In this document: in pieces, positions 1 through 10,082 of the stretch
Numbering within the stretch: the first letter of the stretch is position 1
How the letters are laid out: the number at the start of each line of letters is the position of its first letter
Source of the DNA: Candidatus Tenderia sp.
Lineage (GTDB): Bacteria; Pseudomonadota; Gammaproteobacteria; Tenderiales; Tenderiaceae
Assembly (NCBI GenBank): GCA_031416075.1
Contig: JANOSY010000027.1
Location: forward strand, 1-43,945
DNA length: 43,945 nt
Reading direction: 5' to 3'
Program-made: the position numbers and the translations under genes
The notes under the pieces: model-generated
Told to the model about the DNA's origin: nothing
What the model saw: the letters and a program-made list of their open reading frames with translations, nothing else
The model's database searches: none

Positions 1-160
1 ATCTAACGCGTGGACAGTGGCCGTCTGCTTCTTGGAGGTTCAACCCCGTCAAAAAACCTGGCCCAGGGGGAACTGCGGACCCATCTGTGGCGGCACCTTC
101 GGGTGACCCCGTTTAGGAAATTGATTAAATCCGAGCCCCCCGTCCCGCACTGTTAATCTT
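1..160 (+). ncRNA. Putative bridge RNA (IS110 guide ncRNA), possibly 5'-truncated by the window
   Basis: ACAGTG(14-19)/CACTGT(148-153) closing stem; CACC-TTCG-GGTG tetraloop hairpin (94-105); TTAGGAAA (113-120) identical to the presumed element right end (1541-1548); position upstream of an IS110 transposase. Confidence 0.55.
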
Positions 161-173
161 GAGGAGGTGGATC

Positions 174-1544
174 ATGTCCGGAAATAAAGCAAAGTCCAAG
201 CCCACGGGGTTGTCCATCATTCATGAGCGTGCCGCAGGCATCGACATTGGTTCTCGATTTCATGTTGTCGCCGTCAGCCCCGATCTTAGCGATGAACCGG
301 TGCGAACGTTTCAAGCCTTCACGAGTGATTTGCAACGCATGGCTGATTGGCTGATCGCGACCGGTATCAAGACCGTGGCGATGGAATCGACAGGGGTGTA
401 CTGGGTCGCGGCCTACGAGGTTCTCGAATCGCGTGGGATTGATGTCATTTTAGCCAATGCACGTGAGGCACGAGCTGTCCCTGGTAGAAAGAGTGATGTC
501 AATGATGCCCAGTGGCTGCAAAGGCCCCACGCCTGCGGATTGCTGCGCGCCAGCTTTCGCCCCGGACGTGACATTGCAGCGCTGCGAGTCTACTTACGTT
601 CACGTGAACGTCATCTCGACTATGCTGCGGCACACATCCAGCACATGCAAAAGGCGCTGACCTTCATGAATCTGCAGCTGCACCATGTCATCAGCGACAT
701 TACCGGTGCGACGGGCATGAAGATTATTCGCGCCATCATCGCGGGTGAACGCGATCCCGGTATTTTGGCGGCGCTGCGTGACGCACGTTGTAAGGCTAGT
801 GTCGAGACAGTACGTGCCGCCCTCGAAGGTAACTATCAACCAGAACATCTGTTCGCTTTGAAGCAAGCACTTGCGCTCTATGACTTCTATCAGCGCTGTG
901 TGGCAGAATGCGATGCGCAGATTGAACAGGTGGTTGCAGTCCTTAATGCGGAGCGGCAAAAACCCGCAGCGCCGCTGCCCAAGCCACGCCACCGTACCAA
1001 GCAGCCCAATGATGTAAACTTCGATGTGCGCACTGCCATGTACCCATTGGTTGGCACTGATCTGACCCAAATTCACGGCATTGGCCCGTTCCTCGCATTG
1101 CGCCTGGTAGCTGAATGCGGCACCGATCTATCCCGCTGGCGCACTGCCAAACATTTCACCTCATGGTTGACGCTATCGCCGGGCTGTAAAATCAGCGGTG
1201 GCAAGGTACTCTCCGCCCATACACGCAAGACCAGCAATCGGGTGACGGCAGCTTTACGCCTGGCCGCCGTCACGGTAGGCCGCACCAATACTGCCCTCGG
1301 CGCGTTCTACCGGCGACTGGCAGCCCGGATCGGCAACGCCAAGGCAGTGACCGCGACAGCGCGTAAGATTGCCGTACTCTTCTACAATGCCATGCGCTTC
1401 GGCATGGATTACCAAGACCCCGGCGCAGACCATTATGAACAACAATACCGCGAACGCGTCCTGAAGCAGCTCCATCGCCGCGCGGCGCAGTTCGGATTAA
1501 TACTACAACCGCATGACACCTCGGTTGTGGAGTGTGTTTCTTAG
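174..1544 (+). CDS. IS110 family transposase/recombinase
   Basis: RuvC-like DEDD residues in GIDIG, AMESTGVYW and KSDVNDA; HhH IHGIGP; Tnp-domain serine motif ISGGK; RBS GAGGAGG at 161-167 favours ATG 174. Confidence 0.95.
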   Translation: MSGNKAKSKPTGLSIIHERAAGIDIGSRFHVVAVSPDLSDEPVRTFQAFTSDLQRMADWLIATGIKTVAMESTGVYWVAAYEVLESRGIDVILANAREARAVPGRKSDVNDAQWLQRPHACGLLRASFRPGRDIAALRVYLRSRERHLDYAAAHIQHMQKALTFMNLQLHHVISDITGATGMKIIRAIIAGERDPGILAALRDARCKASVETVRAALEGNYQPEHLFALKQALALYDFYQRCVAECDAQIEQVVAVLNAERQKPAAPLPKPRHRTKQPNDVNFDVRTAMYPLVGTDLTQIHGIGPFLALRLVAECGTDLSRWRTAKHFTSWLTLSPGCKISGGKVLSAHTRKTSNRVTAALRLAAVTVGRTNTALGAFYRRLAARIGNAKAVTATARKIAVLFYNAMRFGMDYQDPGADHYEQQYRERVLKQLHRRAAQFGLILQPHDTSVVECVS

Positions 1545-1547
1545 GAA

Positions 1548-1624
1548 AGGCAGGATGATTAGAGGGAGTGTCCACACAGACTCCCCAGTCTGGAGTGAGC
1601 CAGTGACGACTGGTGATCCTGTCT
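1548..1624. repeat. Multi-hairpin palindromic element abutting the IS right end
   Basis: AGGCAGGAT(1548-1556)/ATCCTGTCT(1616-1624); CAGACT-CCCC-AGTCTG (1577-1592); CCAGT-GACG-ACTGG (1600-1613); alternative pairing GGGAGT(1564-1569)/ACTCCC(1580-1585). Confidence 0.5.
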
Positions 1625-1687
1625 GCTTTATATGAAACGGTCTGGAACGTACTGTGCCTGTTTATGTTGATGTGGTAAATTAGCGTA

Positions 1688-3001
1688 ATGAGCATTCAGA
1701 ACTCTTTGGGTGGTATCCCCGTTGTTGTTGAGGGGCGTAAACCGAGTCAAAAACTCCACTGGCAGCGGCGTGCCTTTCAGTATGGGGTGCTGCTGCTGCT
1801 GGTGTTGGTTCCTGTCACCGGATTATTTCGTATCGACCCCATTCAGGGCGCTTTTGTTGTCTTGGGCCGGCAGATCTGGTTTTCTGACTTCAGTATTGTC
1901 TTTGGCTTTTGGGCCATCATGGCTTGCCTGTTAGCGATGTTATATTCGTTGATGGGGACTGTCTTTTGTGGTTGGGCCTGCCCCCAGAATACCCTGTCGG
2001 AATGGGCTAATAACTTGACCTTTAAGCTATTGGGTAAACGTGCGGAGGTGAGTTTGGATGGCTCGCCAATGCAGCTCTCCCAGATTAAAAACAGGCCTTT
2101 GAATTGGCTGGTTTTGATTGCCCTTAGTGCCGGAGTTGCAGCAGCGGTGGCGTTAATTCCGCTGTTCTATTTTTACGAGCCGTTTTTAATATGGAAGTTT
2201 GTTACCTTCCAGCATGATTCAGGGTTGGCACCTTCATTACACTGGATTTATACGATATTTTTTCTGGTGATTCTGGTAGATATCACCATGATTCGTCACT
2301 TTATGTGCCGTTTTATGTGTGTTTACAAGGTGTGGCAGCATACCTTTAAGACTAAGCAGACTTTGCATATTGCATACGATGAGAGCCGTGCCAGCGAGTG
2401 TGAGAAGTGTAACTACTGTGTTACCTCCTGTTTTCTTGCGATCGACCCACGTAAAACGGATCTCTACGACACCTGCATTAACTGTGGTGAATGTGTCACA
2501 GCATGTGACAATCTGCATGCCCGGAAGGGAGAAGGTGATAGTCTGTTGCGTTTTGCCATGGGCGAGCGTAAGAGTGCAGGGGCGGTAGAATTTAAAACCA
2601 ATATGAGTGATCTTTTCTCTCGGGTTACTTGGTCGTTCCCCATTTTATTATTTGGCCTAGGTATGTTTGTATGGGGGCTTTGGAGCTATGAGCGCTACCA
2701 TATGAGTGCTTACCGTGCTGACATCGCACAGGGGGGGCAGATTCTTGACTATCGCATCTCTCTGGCGAATAAGCTTTATGAACCCACCCGCTTGCACGTT
2801 GAGGTGGAGGGGTTAAGTGATGAACAGTATGCGTTGGCGACAAAAGAGGTAGACTTTCAGACGGCCGGGCGGATTAATGTTGAGTTGAAGATTAGTCCCG
2901 GCTTGGCAAAGGGGTTGTATCCAGTGCTGGTGCGGGTAACCTCCGAAGATGGTTGGCAAGATAGTTTCCGTCTACAACATTTTTCAGCAGGTACGATATG
3001 A
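1688..3001 (+). CDS. CcoG/FixG/RdxA-like membrane 4Fe-4S protein (cytochrome c oxidase accessory protein)
   Basis: Several TM helices, FCGWACPQ and MCRFMC motifs, two ferredoxin motifs (CEKCNYCVTSC, CINCGECVTAC), C-terminal TM followed by an Ig-like region. Confidence 0.85.
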   Translation: MSIQNSLGGIPVVVEGRKPSQKLHWQRRAFQYGVLLLLVLVPVTGLFRIDPIQGAFVVLGRQIWFSDFSIVFGFWAIMACLLAMLYSLMGTVFCGWACPQNTLSEWANNLTFKLLGKRAEVSLDGSPMQLSQIKNRPLNWLVLIALSAGVAAAVALIPLFYFYEPFLIWKFVTFQHDSGLAPSLHWIYTIFFLVILVDITMIRHFMCRFMCVYKVWQHTFKTKQTLHIAYDESRASECEKCNYCVTSCFLAIDPRKTDLYDTCINCGECVTACDNLHARKGEGDSLLRFAMGERKSAGAVEFKTNMSDLFSRVTWSFPILLFGLGMFVWGLWSYERYHMSAYRADIAQGGQILDYRISLANKLYEPTRLHVEVEGLSDEQYALATKEVDFQTAGRINVELKISPGLAKGLYPVLVRVTSEDGWQDSFRLQHFSAGTI

Positions 3002-3429
3002 GCGACGAACGTAGTAAGCCGTTACCCAAAGATAAATTGACATCCATTGACAGCCACTGGGGTGAGACGCCCAATGACCATTTTGGTTACGCATCTGCTG
3101 AGGAGCGTTTGGCTAAACGGGGCATGGAAGATTGGGAGATGCTGGAGGCGATTCCTGACTCCCAGAATGGCGTACCAAAATGGTTTATTGGCGTGGTGTT
3201 GATGGTGTTGTTGGTCGCTATTGGCTTGAGTTTTCCTTTTTGGGGCGACCGGCCAGGTTATGAGCGACAATGGATCGACTGGGGCTTTGGCATAGCGATA
3301 CTTTATCTGGCGGTGGCATCTACCTTTGTCTGGTTTATGGTTCGGCTTTATGGATCAAAACTTGGTGGCCAGCTTGATCTGGATAAAAGTGATTACGATA
3401 AAGATAAGGATGTTGATGCTAAACCGTAA
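2998..3429 (+). CDS. Two-TM membrane protein of unknown function
   Basis: ATGA overlap with the upstream gene; acidic N-terminus, two hydrophobic helices, charged tail. Confidence 0.75.
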   Translation: MSDERSKPLPKDKLTSIDSHWGETPNDHFGYASAEERLAKRGMEDWEMLEAIPDSQNGVPKWFIGVVLMVLLVAIGLSFPFWGDRPGYERQWIDWGFGIAILYLAVASTFVWFMVRLYGSKLGGQLDLDKSDYDKDKDVDAKP

Positions 3430-3718
3430 TGTGGTTAGTTCGGTTGCACTATTGGTATTGTTTACAGGGTGTGACATCTCTTCCGGCGGTGTTGGCAAGG
3501 TGCTGCTGCCGGAGCCTGAGTCGCGCGGAGCGTTGGTGATGAAGGAGAGCTGTTCTAGCTGCCACGCGGCCCCCAGCCCGGGGGTTCATACCGCCGAAGA
3601 GTGGCCAAATGTTATCTATCGAATGCAGGAGCATCGTCGCATGACGGGTTATACATTGATTGCGCCTGAAGAGCTTGAACCGTTGCTGGACTACTTGCAG
3701 CGTCACGCTAAAGGTTGA
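3416..3718 (+). CDS. Monoheme c-type cytochrome, probable lipoprotein
   Basis: RBS AAGGA 3406-3410; signal peptide with lipobox-like LFTGC; CSSCH heme motif; HTAEEW...RM segment. Confidence 0.8.
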   Translation: MLNRNVVSSVALLVLFTGCDISSGGVGKVLLPEPESRGALVMKESCSSCHAAPSPGVHTAEEWPNVIYRMQEHRRMTGYTLIAPEELEPLLDYLQRHAKG

Positions 3719-3719
3719 G

Positions 3720-4115
3720 ATGAGACCTCTTATTGTTTTATTGCTATCGTTGTTACTGTTGTGCGCATGTGGTGCTCCGGACAATGAATACCAGATCCCC
3801 GCTCAGAAGTGGGAGGATGTGGTTGTACAGGTCCAGAGTCGCCCGACTGTAGTGACTGTTGGTATGAATGAGTTTTTGGTGCTGGCGACCTTGGAGCGTG
3901 GCAAACCAGTACATGACTTGATCATCTCTTTGCGTGCCGGTGACGAACAGTCGTGGCAGCAGGCAATTCAGGATGGGCATAGTGGTGTCTATCGCAAGGC
4001 GGTTGTTGTCCCCCCAGGTGTTGATACGCTGCAGGTTCAGTTGCGCAGGAAGGGAGAGGACAATGAGCGCGCGCTCTATTTTCCGCTTTTTTCAGGGCGG
4101 CCAGCTCTCCAGTAA
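3720..4115 (+). CDS. Lipoprotein, YtkA/FixH-like Ig-fold protein
   Basis: MRPLIVLLLSLLLLCAC signal/lipobox; beta-rich body with G.NEF and GVYR motifs; starts 1 nt after the upstream stop. Confidence 0.65.
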   Translation: MRPLIVLLLSLLLLCACGAPDNEYQIPAQKWEDVVVQVQSRPTVVTVGMNEFLVLATLERGKPVHDLIISLRAGDEQSWQQAIQDGHSGVYRKAVVVPPGVDTLQVQLRRKGEDNERALYFPLFSGRPALQ

Positions 4116-4201
4116 CGCTGCTATTTTGTTAAGTGGTGGTTGGTACCGCAGAGTCTTTTGTGGTTGTTTGTCGTTTCACACGCGGTGTTAGCAATTGTGT
4201 T

Positions 4202-4717
4202 CTAAGATTCTGTTTTCATACGTTTTTTTAGTCGTGAACTCTCTTCCCAGCGCCGCAGTAACATGATCTTGGCCCCGCCCTGTTTTTCAGCGCAGTTTGT
4301 GCAAGTAAGGTAGCTGAGATAAAGTTCTTTTGGCATGTGCCCAGCATCGAGAAGCGAGGACTGCATCTCTCGTATGCTGTTTTTGATGCTGCCAATGTCG
4401 CCTTTATGTAATTTGACTCGCAGCTTGAAAGGGCTGGGTAGATGAATGACATGGCGTGATGGCGAGTCCCCTTGCTGGAGTGGGGCGAGAATCTGACCGC
4501 GCATCCAGCCTGTCCGCGTAAGGTAAAACCCGGGCCAGGGTGTATTGAGTTCCAGCTGCGTGATCAGGTGGCGAACTCGCCCCAAGTAGACCTCATAGCC
4601 CATAGGCATGTGCATGAAGGTGGCGATGGAGAAGTTGAACATCGGTTCACCGCCCAACTCAACATCTTTACCATCCCATGGTGGGAGCTGCTCGGGGCAG
4701 CCGCAGGGCAGTGTCAT
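4202..4717 (-). CDS. Soluble Cys-motif protein (N-terminal CGCP, C-terminal YLTCTNC), resembles the uncharacterised 'bacterial hydrolase'/GyrI-like family
   Basis: 171-aa ORF with ATGA overlap to the upstream gene; CxCP..PWD and YxTCxxC motifs. Family call is from memory. Confidence 0.65.
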   Translation of the reverse strand: MTLPCGCPEQLPPWDGKDVELGGEPMFNFSIATFMHMPMGYEVYLGRVRHLITQLELNTPWPGFYLTRTGWMRGQILAPLQQGDSPSRHVIHLPSPFKLRVKLHKGDIGSIKNSIREMQSSLLDAGHMPKELYLSYLTCTNCAEKQGGAKIMLLRRWEESSRLKKRMKTES

Positions 4718-5223
4718 GACTTGCAGCAGGCCTGCTTCAGCGACATCAGACCATTCAGCAGGAAGGACCAGAGTCCTAACCCCATAATGGTGGCCGCAAC
4801 AGCTACCGTTGGCCCATATATCGCCTTGACCTCATCGATCTTAGGGTCGCTAGCAAGTAGCAGCTCCCCCATCCACGTACCAAAAATCATAAGCGTTGAA
4901 TAGAAACAGATAACACCGGTAGTGGTACCCCAAAAAGAGAAGGTCATTAGTTTTTTTGACCAGATCTCTTTACCCGTCAGGATGGGGATCAGGTAATAGG
5001 ATACTGCCATAACCAAAAACATGACTCCGCCAATCAGGTTGATATGCGCATGTGCAAGTGGGTCGATGAGATGGCCAGGGCCACCGTAGGGGCTGCCTAT
5101 GGAGTCGAGCCAGGCACGTACGGAGGGGATGAGTTGTACGACACCATGCATGCTGCCAGCAAAAAAGAAGAGGAGCGAGGCGGCGAGAAATTTGATGAGA
5201 TGTCTGTTGCTTTGTTCTGGCAT
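4714..5223 (-). CDS. Small four-TM protein homologous to part of heme-copper oxidase subunit I (CcoN-like)
   Basis: Four hydrophobic helices; GSMHG and LAHAHINLIGG (HxH) motifs; YYLIP.LTGK.IWS.KL...SFW pattern typical of CcoN helices. Confidence 0.75.
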   Translation of the reverse strand: MPEQSNRHLIKFLAASLLFFFAGSMHGVVQLIPSVRAWLDSIGSPYGGPGHLIDPLAHAHINLIGGVMFLVMAVSYYLIPILTGKEIWSKKLMTFSFWGTTTGVICFYSTLMIFGTWMGELLLASDPKIDEVKAIYGPTVAVAATIMGLGLWSFLLNGLMSLKQACCKS

Positions 5224-5259
5224 GGGTCATTCCTACTGCTGCTACATCTTACAGTGCTG

Positions 5260-5265
5260 ATTATA
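5260..5265 (-). promoter_or_regulatory. Possible sigma70 -10 element for the mini-CcoN gene pair
   Basis: Perfect TATAAT on the minus strand about 40 nt upstream of ATG 5223; no good -35. Confidence 0.35.
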
Positions 5266-5280
5266 GTGTGGTTATTTTAC

Positions 5281-5315
5281 ATGAAAAAAGCCCGGCAGGA
5301 CCGGGCTTTTTTCAT
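5281..5315. terminator. Intrinsic terminator (symmetrical, could act on both strands)
   Basis: Perfect 15-bp inverted repeat ATGAAAAAAGCCCGG-cagga-CCGGGCTTTTTTCAT. Confidence 0.85.
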
Positions 5316-5336
5316 TGTCTGGACGTTTGCCTGGGG

Positions 5337-5447
5337 TTAGTCAGGTTGACGTCTGTGTTCGATGTTTTTGATGGCAGAACCGGCTAAAACCAAACCGAAA
5401 AGAACAGTTATGCCAAAAAAGATCCCTATTGGAACTAAGATACCCAT
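5337..5447 (-). CDS. 36-aa single-TM small protein (MGILVPIGIFFGITVLFGLVLAGSAIKNIEHRRQPD), not in the ORF track
   Basis: Strong RBS GGGAGGG a few nt upstream of the ATG; one hydrophobic helix plus charged tail; terminator 21 nt after the stop. Confidence 0.7.
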   Translation of the reverse strand: MGILVPIGIFFGITVLFGLVLAGSAIKNIEHRRQPD

Positions 5448-5532
5448 TGTTTTCCCTCCCCTAAAAGGTTACTGCAAAATAGCAGTAATAAACTAACAAA
5501 TTTGGTTGCTCGAGTCTATACAAAACTTACGG

Positions 5533-7532
<2,000 letters not shown>

Positions 7533-7564
7533 TTACCTTTCCTAAATAAGTGACAAAGGGGGTG

Positions 7565-8050
7565 CTATTTTAACGCAAATTTCTGCTGTAGGGCGTGATA
7601 AACCTGTGGGTGTACCGAGTCTTTGACGTCTCCGCCGAGGCGCGCCACCTCTTTAACGAGGCTGGAGGAGATGTAGCCGTACTGTTCAGCGGGCATCAGG
7701 AACAGGGTCTCAATGCCGGGGGCCAGTTTGCGGTTCATGCCGGTCAGCTGGAACTCATACTCAAAGTCGGAGACGGCCCGCAGTCCGCGCAAAATGACAC
7801 TGGCATTGCATTGTTGAGCAAACTTGACCAGCAGTATGTCGAAGCCGCAGATCTCAACATTATCCATGCCCGCCAGGGCTGCTTTGGCCAGTCCAATCCG
7901 CTCTGCCAGCGAAAAAAGCGGCGCTTTGCCACTGCTGGCGGCGATGGCGACAATCACCTTGTCGAAGAGTGGCCGGGCTCGCTGAACCAGATCGGTGTGG
8001 CCGCTGGTGATGGGATCAAAGGTGCCAGGATAGATTGCAACCCCTTTCAC
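7565..8050 (-). CDS. coaD: Pantetheine-phosphate adenylyltransferase
   Basis: [32 protein letters not shown]; AGGAGG RBS favours GTG at 8050. Confidence 0.96.
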   Translation of the reverse strand: MKGVAIYPGTFDPITSGHTDLVQRARPLFDKVIVAIAASSGKAPLFSLAERIGLAKAALAGMDNVEICGFDILLVKFAQQCNASVILRGLRAVSDFEYEFQLTGMNRKLAPGIETLFLMPAEQYGYISSSLVKEVARLGGDVKDSVHPQVYHALQQKFALK

Positions 8051-8115
8051 CGTCACCTCCTCTCTCTAATGTCAAAAAACAAAAGCTGGCGCGCATCATA
8101 CCACGAAGCCCTATT

Positions 8116-8709
8116 TTACGCTGTTGCGACAGTTTGACGTTGGGCAAGATGGTAGCCCACATCCCCGGCTTTTTTGCTGCGGACCAGTTGCCAGTGGTCG
8201 GGTAGTTCAGGAGTGCCGTTTTTGGCGTTATCCTCGAGATAGATATAGGCGTGTTCTGCCAGCCAGCCGTTCTGTTCCAGCAGTTGGCAACAGGAGGCCA
8301 GCAGGTTGAGGCGGTAGGGGGGGTCGATAAATACCACGTTGTGTGGTGTCCCCGCCGATTGCAGGAAGCGGAGGACGTCGCTGCTTTCTACCCGGCCATT
8401 GGTGCAGTTTAAGGTTTGCAGGTGTTGGCGGATCTGGGCAGCGGCGCTACGTTCCTGTTCCACCATAACCACTTCGCGGGCACCGCGTGAGAGTGCTTCC
8501 AGCCCCAACGCGCCGCTGCCGGCAAAGAGGTCGAGGCAGCGGCTGTCGGCAATCTGCATCTGTAGCCAGTTAAAGAGTGTTTCCCGCACCCGGTCGGGGG
8601 TTGGGCGCAGGTCGGCAACGGCGGGGAATAGCAGTTTTCGGCCACGCCATTCACCGCCGATGATACGGAGCTGCCCGGTTTGGGGCGGGTTGTTGACGAA
8701 AGGCTTCAC
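8116..8709 (-). CDS. rsmD: 16S rRNA (guanine(966)-N2)-methyltransferase
   Basis: LRIIGGEWRGRKL, LRPTPDRVRETLFNWL, LDLFAGSGALGLEALSRGA, IDPPY. Confidence 0.96.
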   Translation of the reverse strand: MKPFVNNPPQTGQLRIIGGEWRGRKLLFPAVADLRPTPDRVRETLFNWLQMQIADSRCLDLFAGSGALGLEALSRGAREVVMVEQERSAAAQIRQHLQTLNCTNGRVESSDVLRFLQSAGTPHNVVFIDPPYRLNLLASCCQLLEQNGWLAEHAYIYLEDNAKNGTPELPDHWQLVRSKKAGDVGYHLAQRQTVATA

Positions 8710-10046
8710 TCCTGCTGTGCCGCCGTATCGCTTGAGCCGCCCACCATAATGGTGACCATGTTGTCAGGTTGTAGACGGCGTTTGAAGGCGTCGCGGATCT
8801 GCTCGATGGTGACTGCGTCTACCTTGCTGGTGTAGCTGTCGAGGTAGTCGAGTGGCAGTTGGTAGAAGCCGATGGCAGCAATGTTGTCGATGATCTTGGC
8901 GTTGCTGTCGAGCCCCAGTGCAAAGCCACCAGTGATGTTCTGCGTGGCGGCTTTCAACTCATCTGCTGTTGGACCGTTGTTGATGAACTCTTTAAGGGTT
9001 TCGTTGAGCAGCTTGAGTGCTTCATCGGCCTGGTCGTTACGCGTCTGTAACCCCATGATAAACGGGCCACTTTGGCGCATCGGTGCAAAGTAGCTGAAGG
9101 TGCTGTAAGAGAGTCCGCGTTTTTCGCGGATCTCAGCGGTCAGTCGTGAGACAAAGCCACCGCCACCCAGGATGTAGTTGCCAACATGGAGCGCAAAGTA
9201 GTCTGGATCGTTGCGGCTCAGGGCAGGCTGTCCAACCTGGATGTGGGTCTGGCTGGAGGGGAACGGCTGTTTCACTAACTGTGGTTTTGTCAGTGCGGCC
9301 ACCTCCGGAATGGTGGGGGCAGCTTCACCGGCAGGCAGTTTGCCTATCACACGTTCGGCCAGTGCCTCGGCCTGTGGGCGATCCACGGCACCTACGATGG
9401 CGATGATGGCGTTTTTGCCGACGTAATAGCGTTTGTAGTGGTTGAGCAGATCCTGACGTTTAATCTGTTTGACGGAGGTTTCGTTGCCGGAGGCGTCGTT
9501 GGCATAGGGGTGGTTGCCATAAACGGACTGGAAAAAGGCGTCGCTGGTGAGTGCGTCAGGGGACTGTTTTTTGGATTGAAGGGCGATCAGCAGACGGTTG
9601 CGCTCCCGGTCCAGCGCCTTTTGCGGGAAGGTGGGCTGGGTGACAACAGTGGCGAGTGTGCTGGTGGCGCGCTCCAGTAGCTCTGTTTGTGTCAGGCTGC
9701 GCACGCTGATGACCGACATGTCGCGGTGTGAACTGGCCCCGAAGTTGGCCCCGACGGCGGCAAAGCGGTCGGCGATCTGGTCAGCGTTGAGTTTGCCCGC
9801 CCCCTCTTCCAGCAGACCGTTGGTCAACAGCGCCAGCCCAGGCAGCTTGCCGTCCCGCGCCCCGGCGGCGTCAAAAATGATCCGCAGATCGACCATCGGC
9901 AGCTCTGGGGCGTTGACAAAATAGACACGGGCACCGTTGCTGGTCTGCCACTGCTGGATGTCAGGGGTGGCATTTGCCAGTGGGTTGGCCATGATCAGGC
10001 AGGTGGCCAGTAGCCACTGAGCGCTGTATTTAATCCAATTATTCAT
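8706..10046 (-). CDS. M16 (pitrilysin) family peptidase, non-catalytic partner subunit
   Basis: Signal peptide; M16 fold motifs (ILGGGGFVSRL, IREKRGLSY) but no HxxEH; start taken at ATG 10046. Confidence 0.9.
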   Translation of the reverse strand: MNNWIKYSAQWLLATCLIMANPLANATPDIQQWQTSNGARVYFVNAPELPMVDLRIIFDAAGARDGKLPGLALLTNGLLEEGAGKLNADQIADRFAAVGANFGASSHRDMSVISVRSLTQTELLERATSTLATVVTQPTFPQKALDRERNRLLIALQSKKQSPDALTSDAFFQSVYGNHPYANDASGNETSVKQIKRQDLLNHYKRYYVGKNAIIAIVGAVDRPQAEALAERVIGKLPAGEAAPTIPEVAALTKPQLVKQPFPSSQTHIQVGQPALSRNDPDYFALHVGNYILGGGGFVSRLTAEIREKRGLSYSTFSYFAPMRQSGPFIMGLQTRNDQADEALKLLNETLKEFINNGPTADELKAATQNITGGFALGLDSNAKIIDNIAAIGFYQLPLDYLDSYTSKVDAVTIEQIRDAFKRRLQPDNMVTIMVGGSSDTAAQQE

Positions 10047-10082
10047 CTGTATATAGTCCTGTTTCTGGTTATATATCAATTA

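Larger units (their letters stand above)
1..1547 (+). mobile_element. IS110-family insertion sequence (left end at or beyond the window edge; right end just after the transposase stop)
   Basis: Single DEDD-type transposase with a long structured non-coding region upstream, no terminal inverted repeats seen. The right end near TTCTTAGGAA at the stop codon is inferred, not proven. Confidence 0.75.

Noticed and set aside
1548-1624. tRNA or known riboswitch (tRNA-Sec, ZTP, TPP, cobalamin)
   Set aside because: No T-loop, anticodon arm or CCA, and no complete riboswitch consensus on either strand; kept only as an unexplained structured element.
1667-1680. TTGAT-gtgg-TAAAT as an FNR box before the ccoG-like gene
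   Set aside because: Only one half-site matches TTGAT-N4-ATCAA and it lies very close to the start codon.
8706-10046. M16 peptidase pseudogene (lacks HxxEH)
   Set aside because: Catalytic/non-catalytic M16 gene pairs are normal and the ORF is intact.
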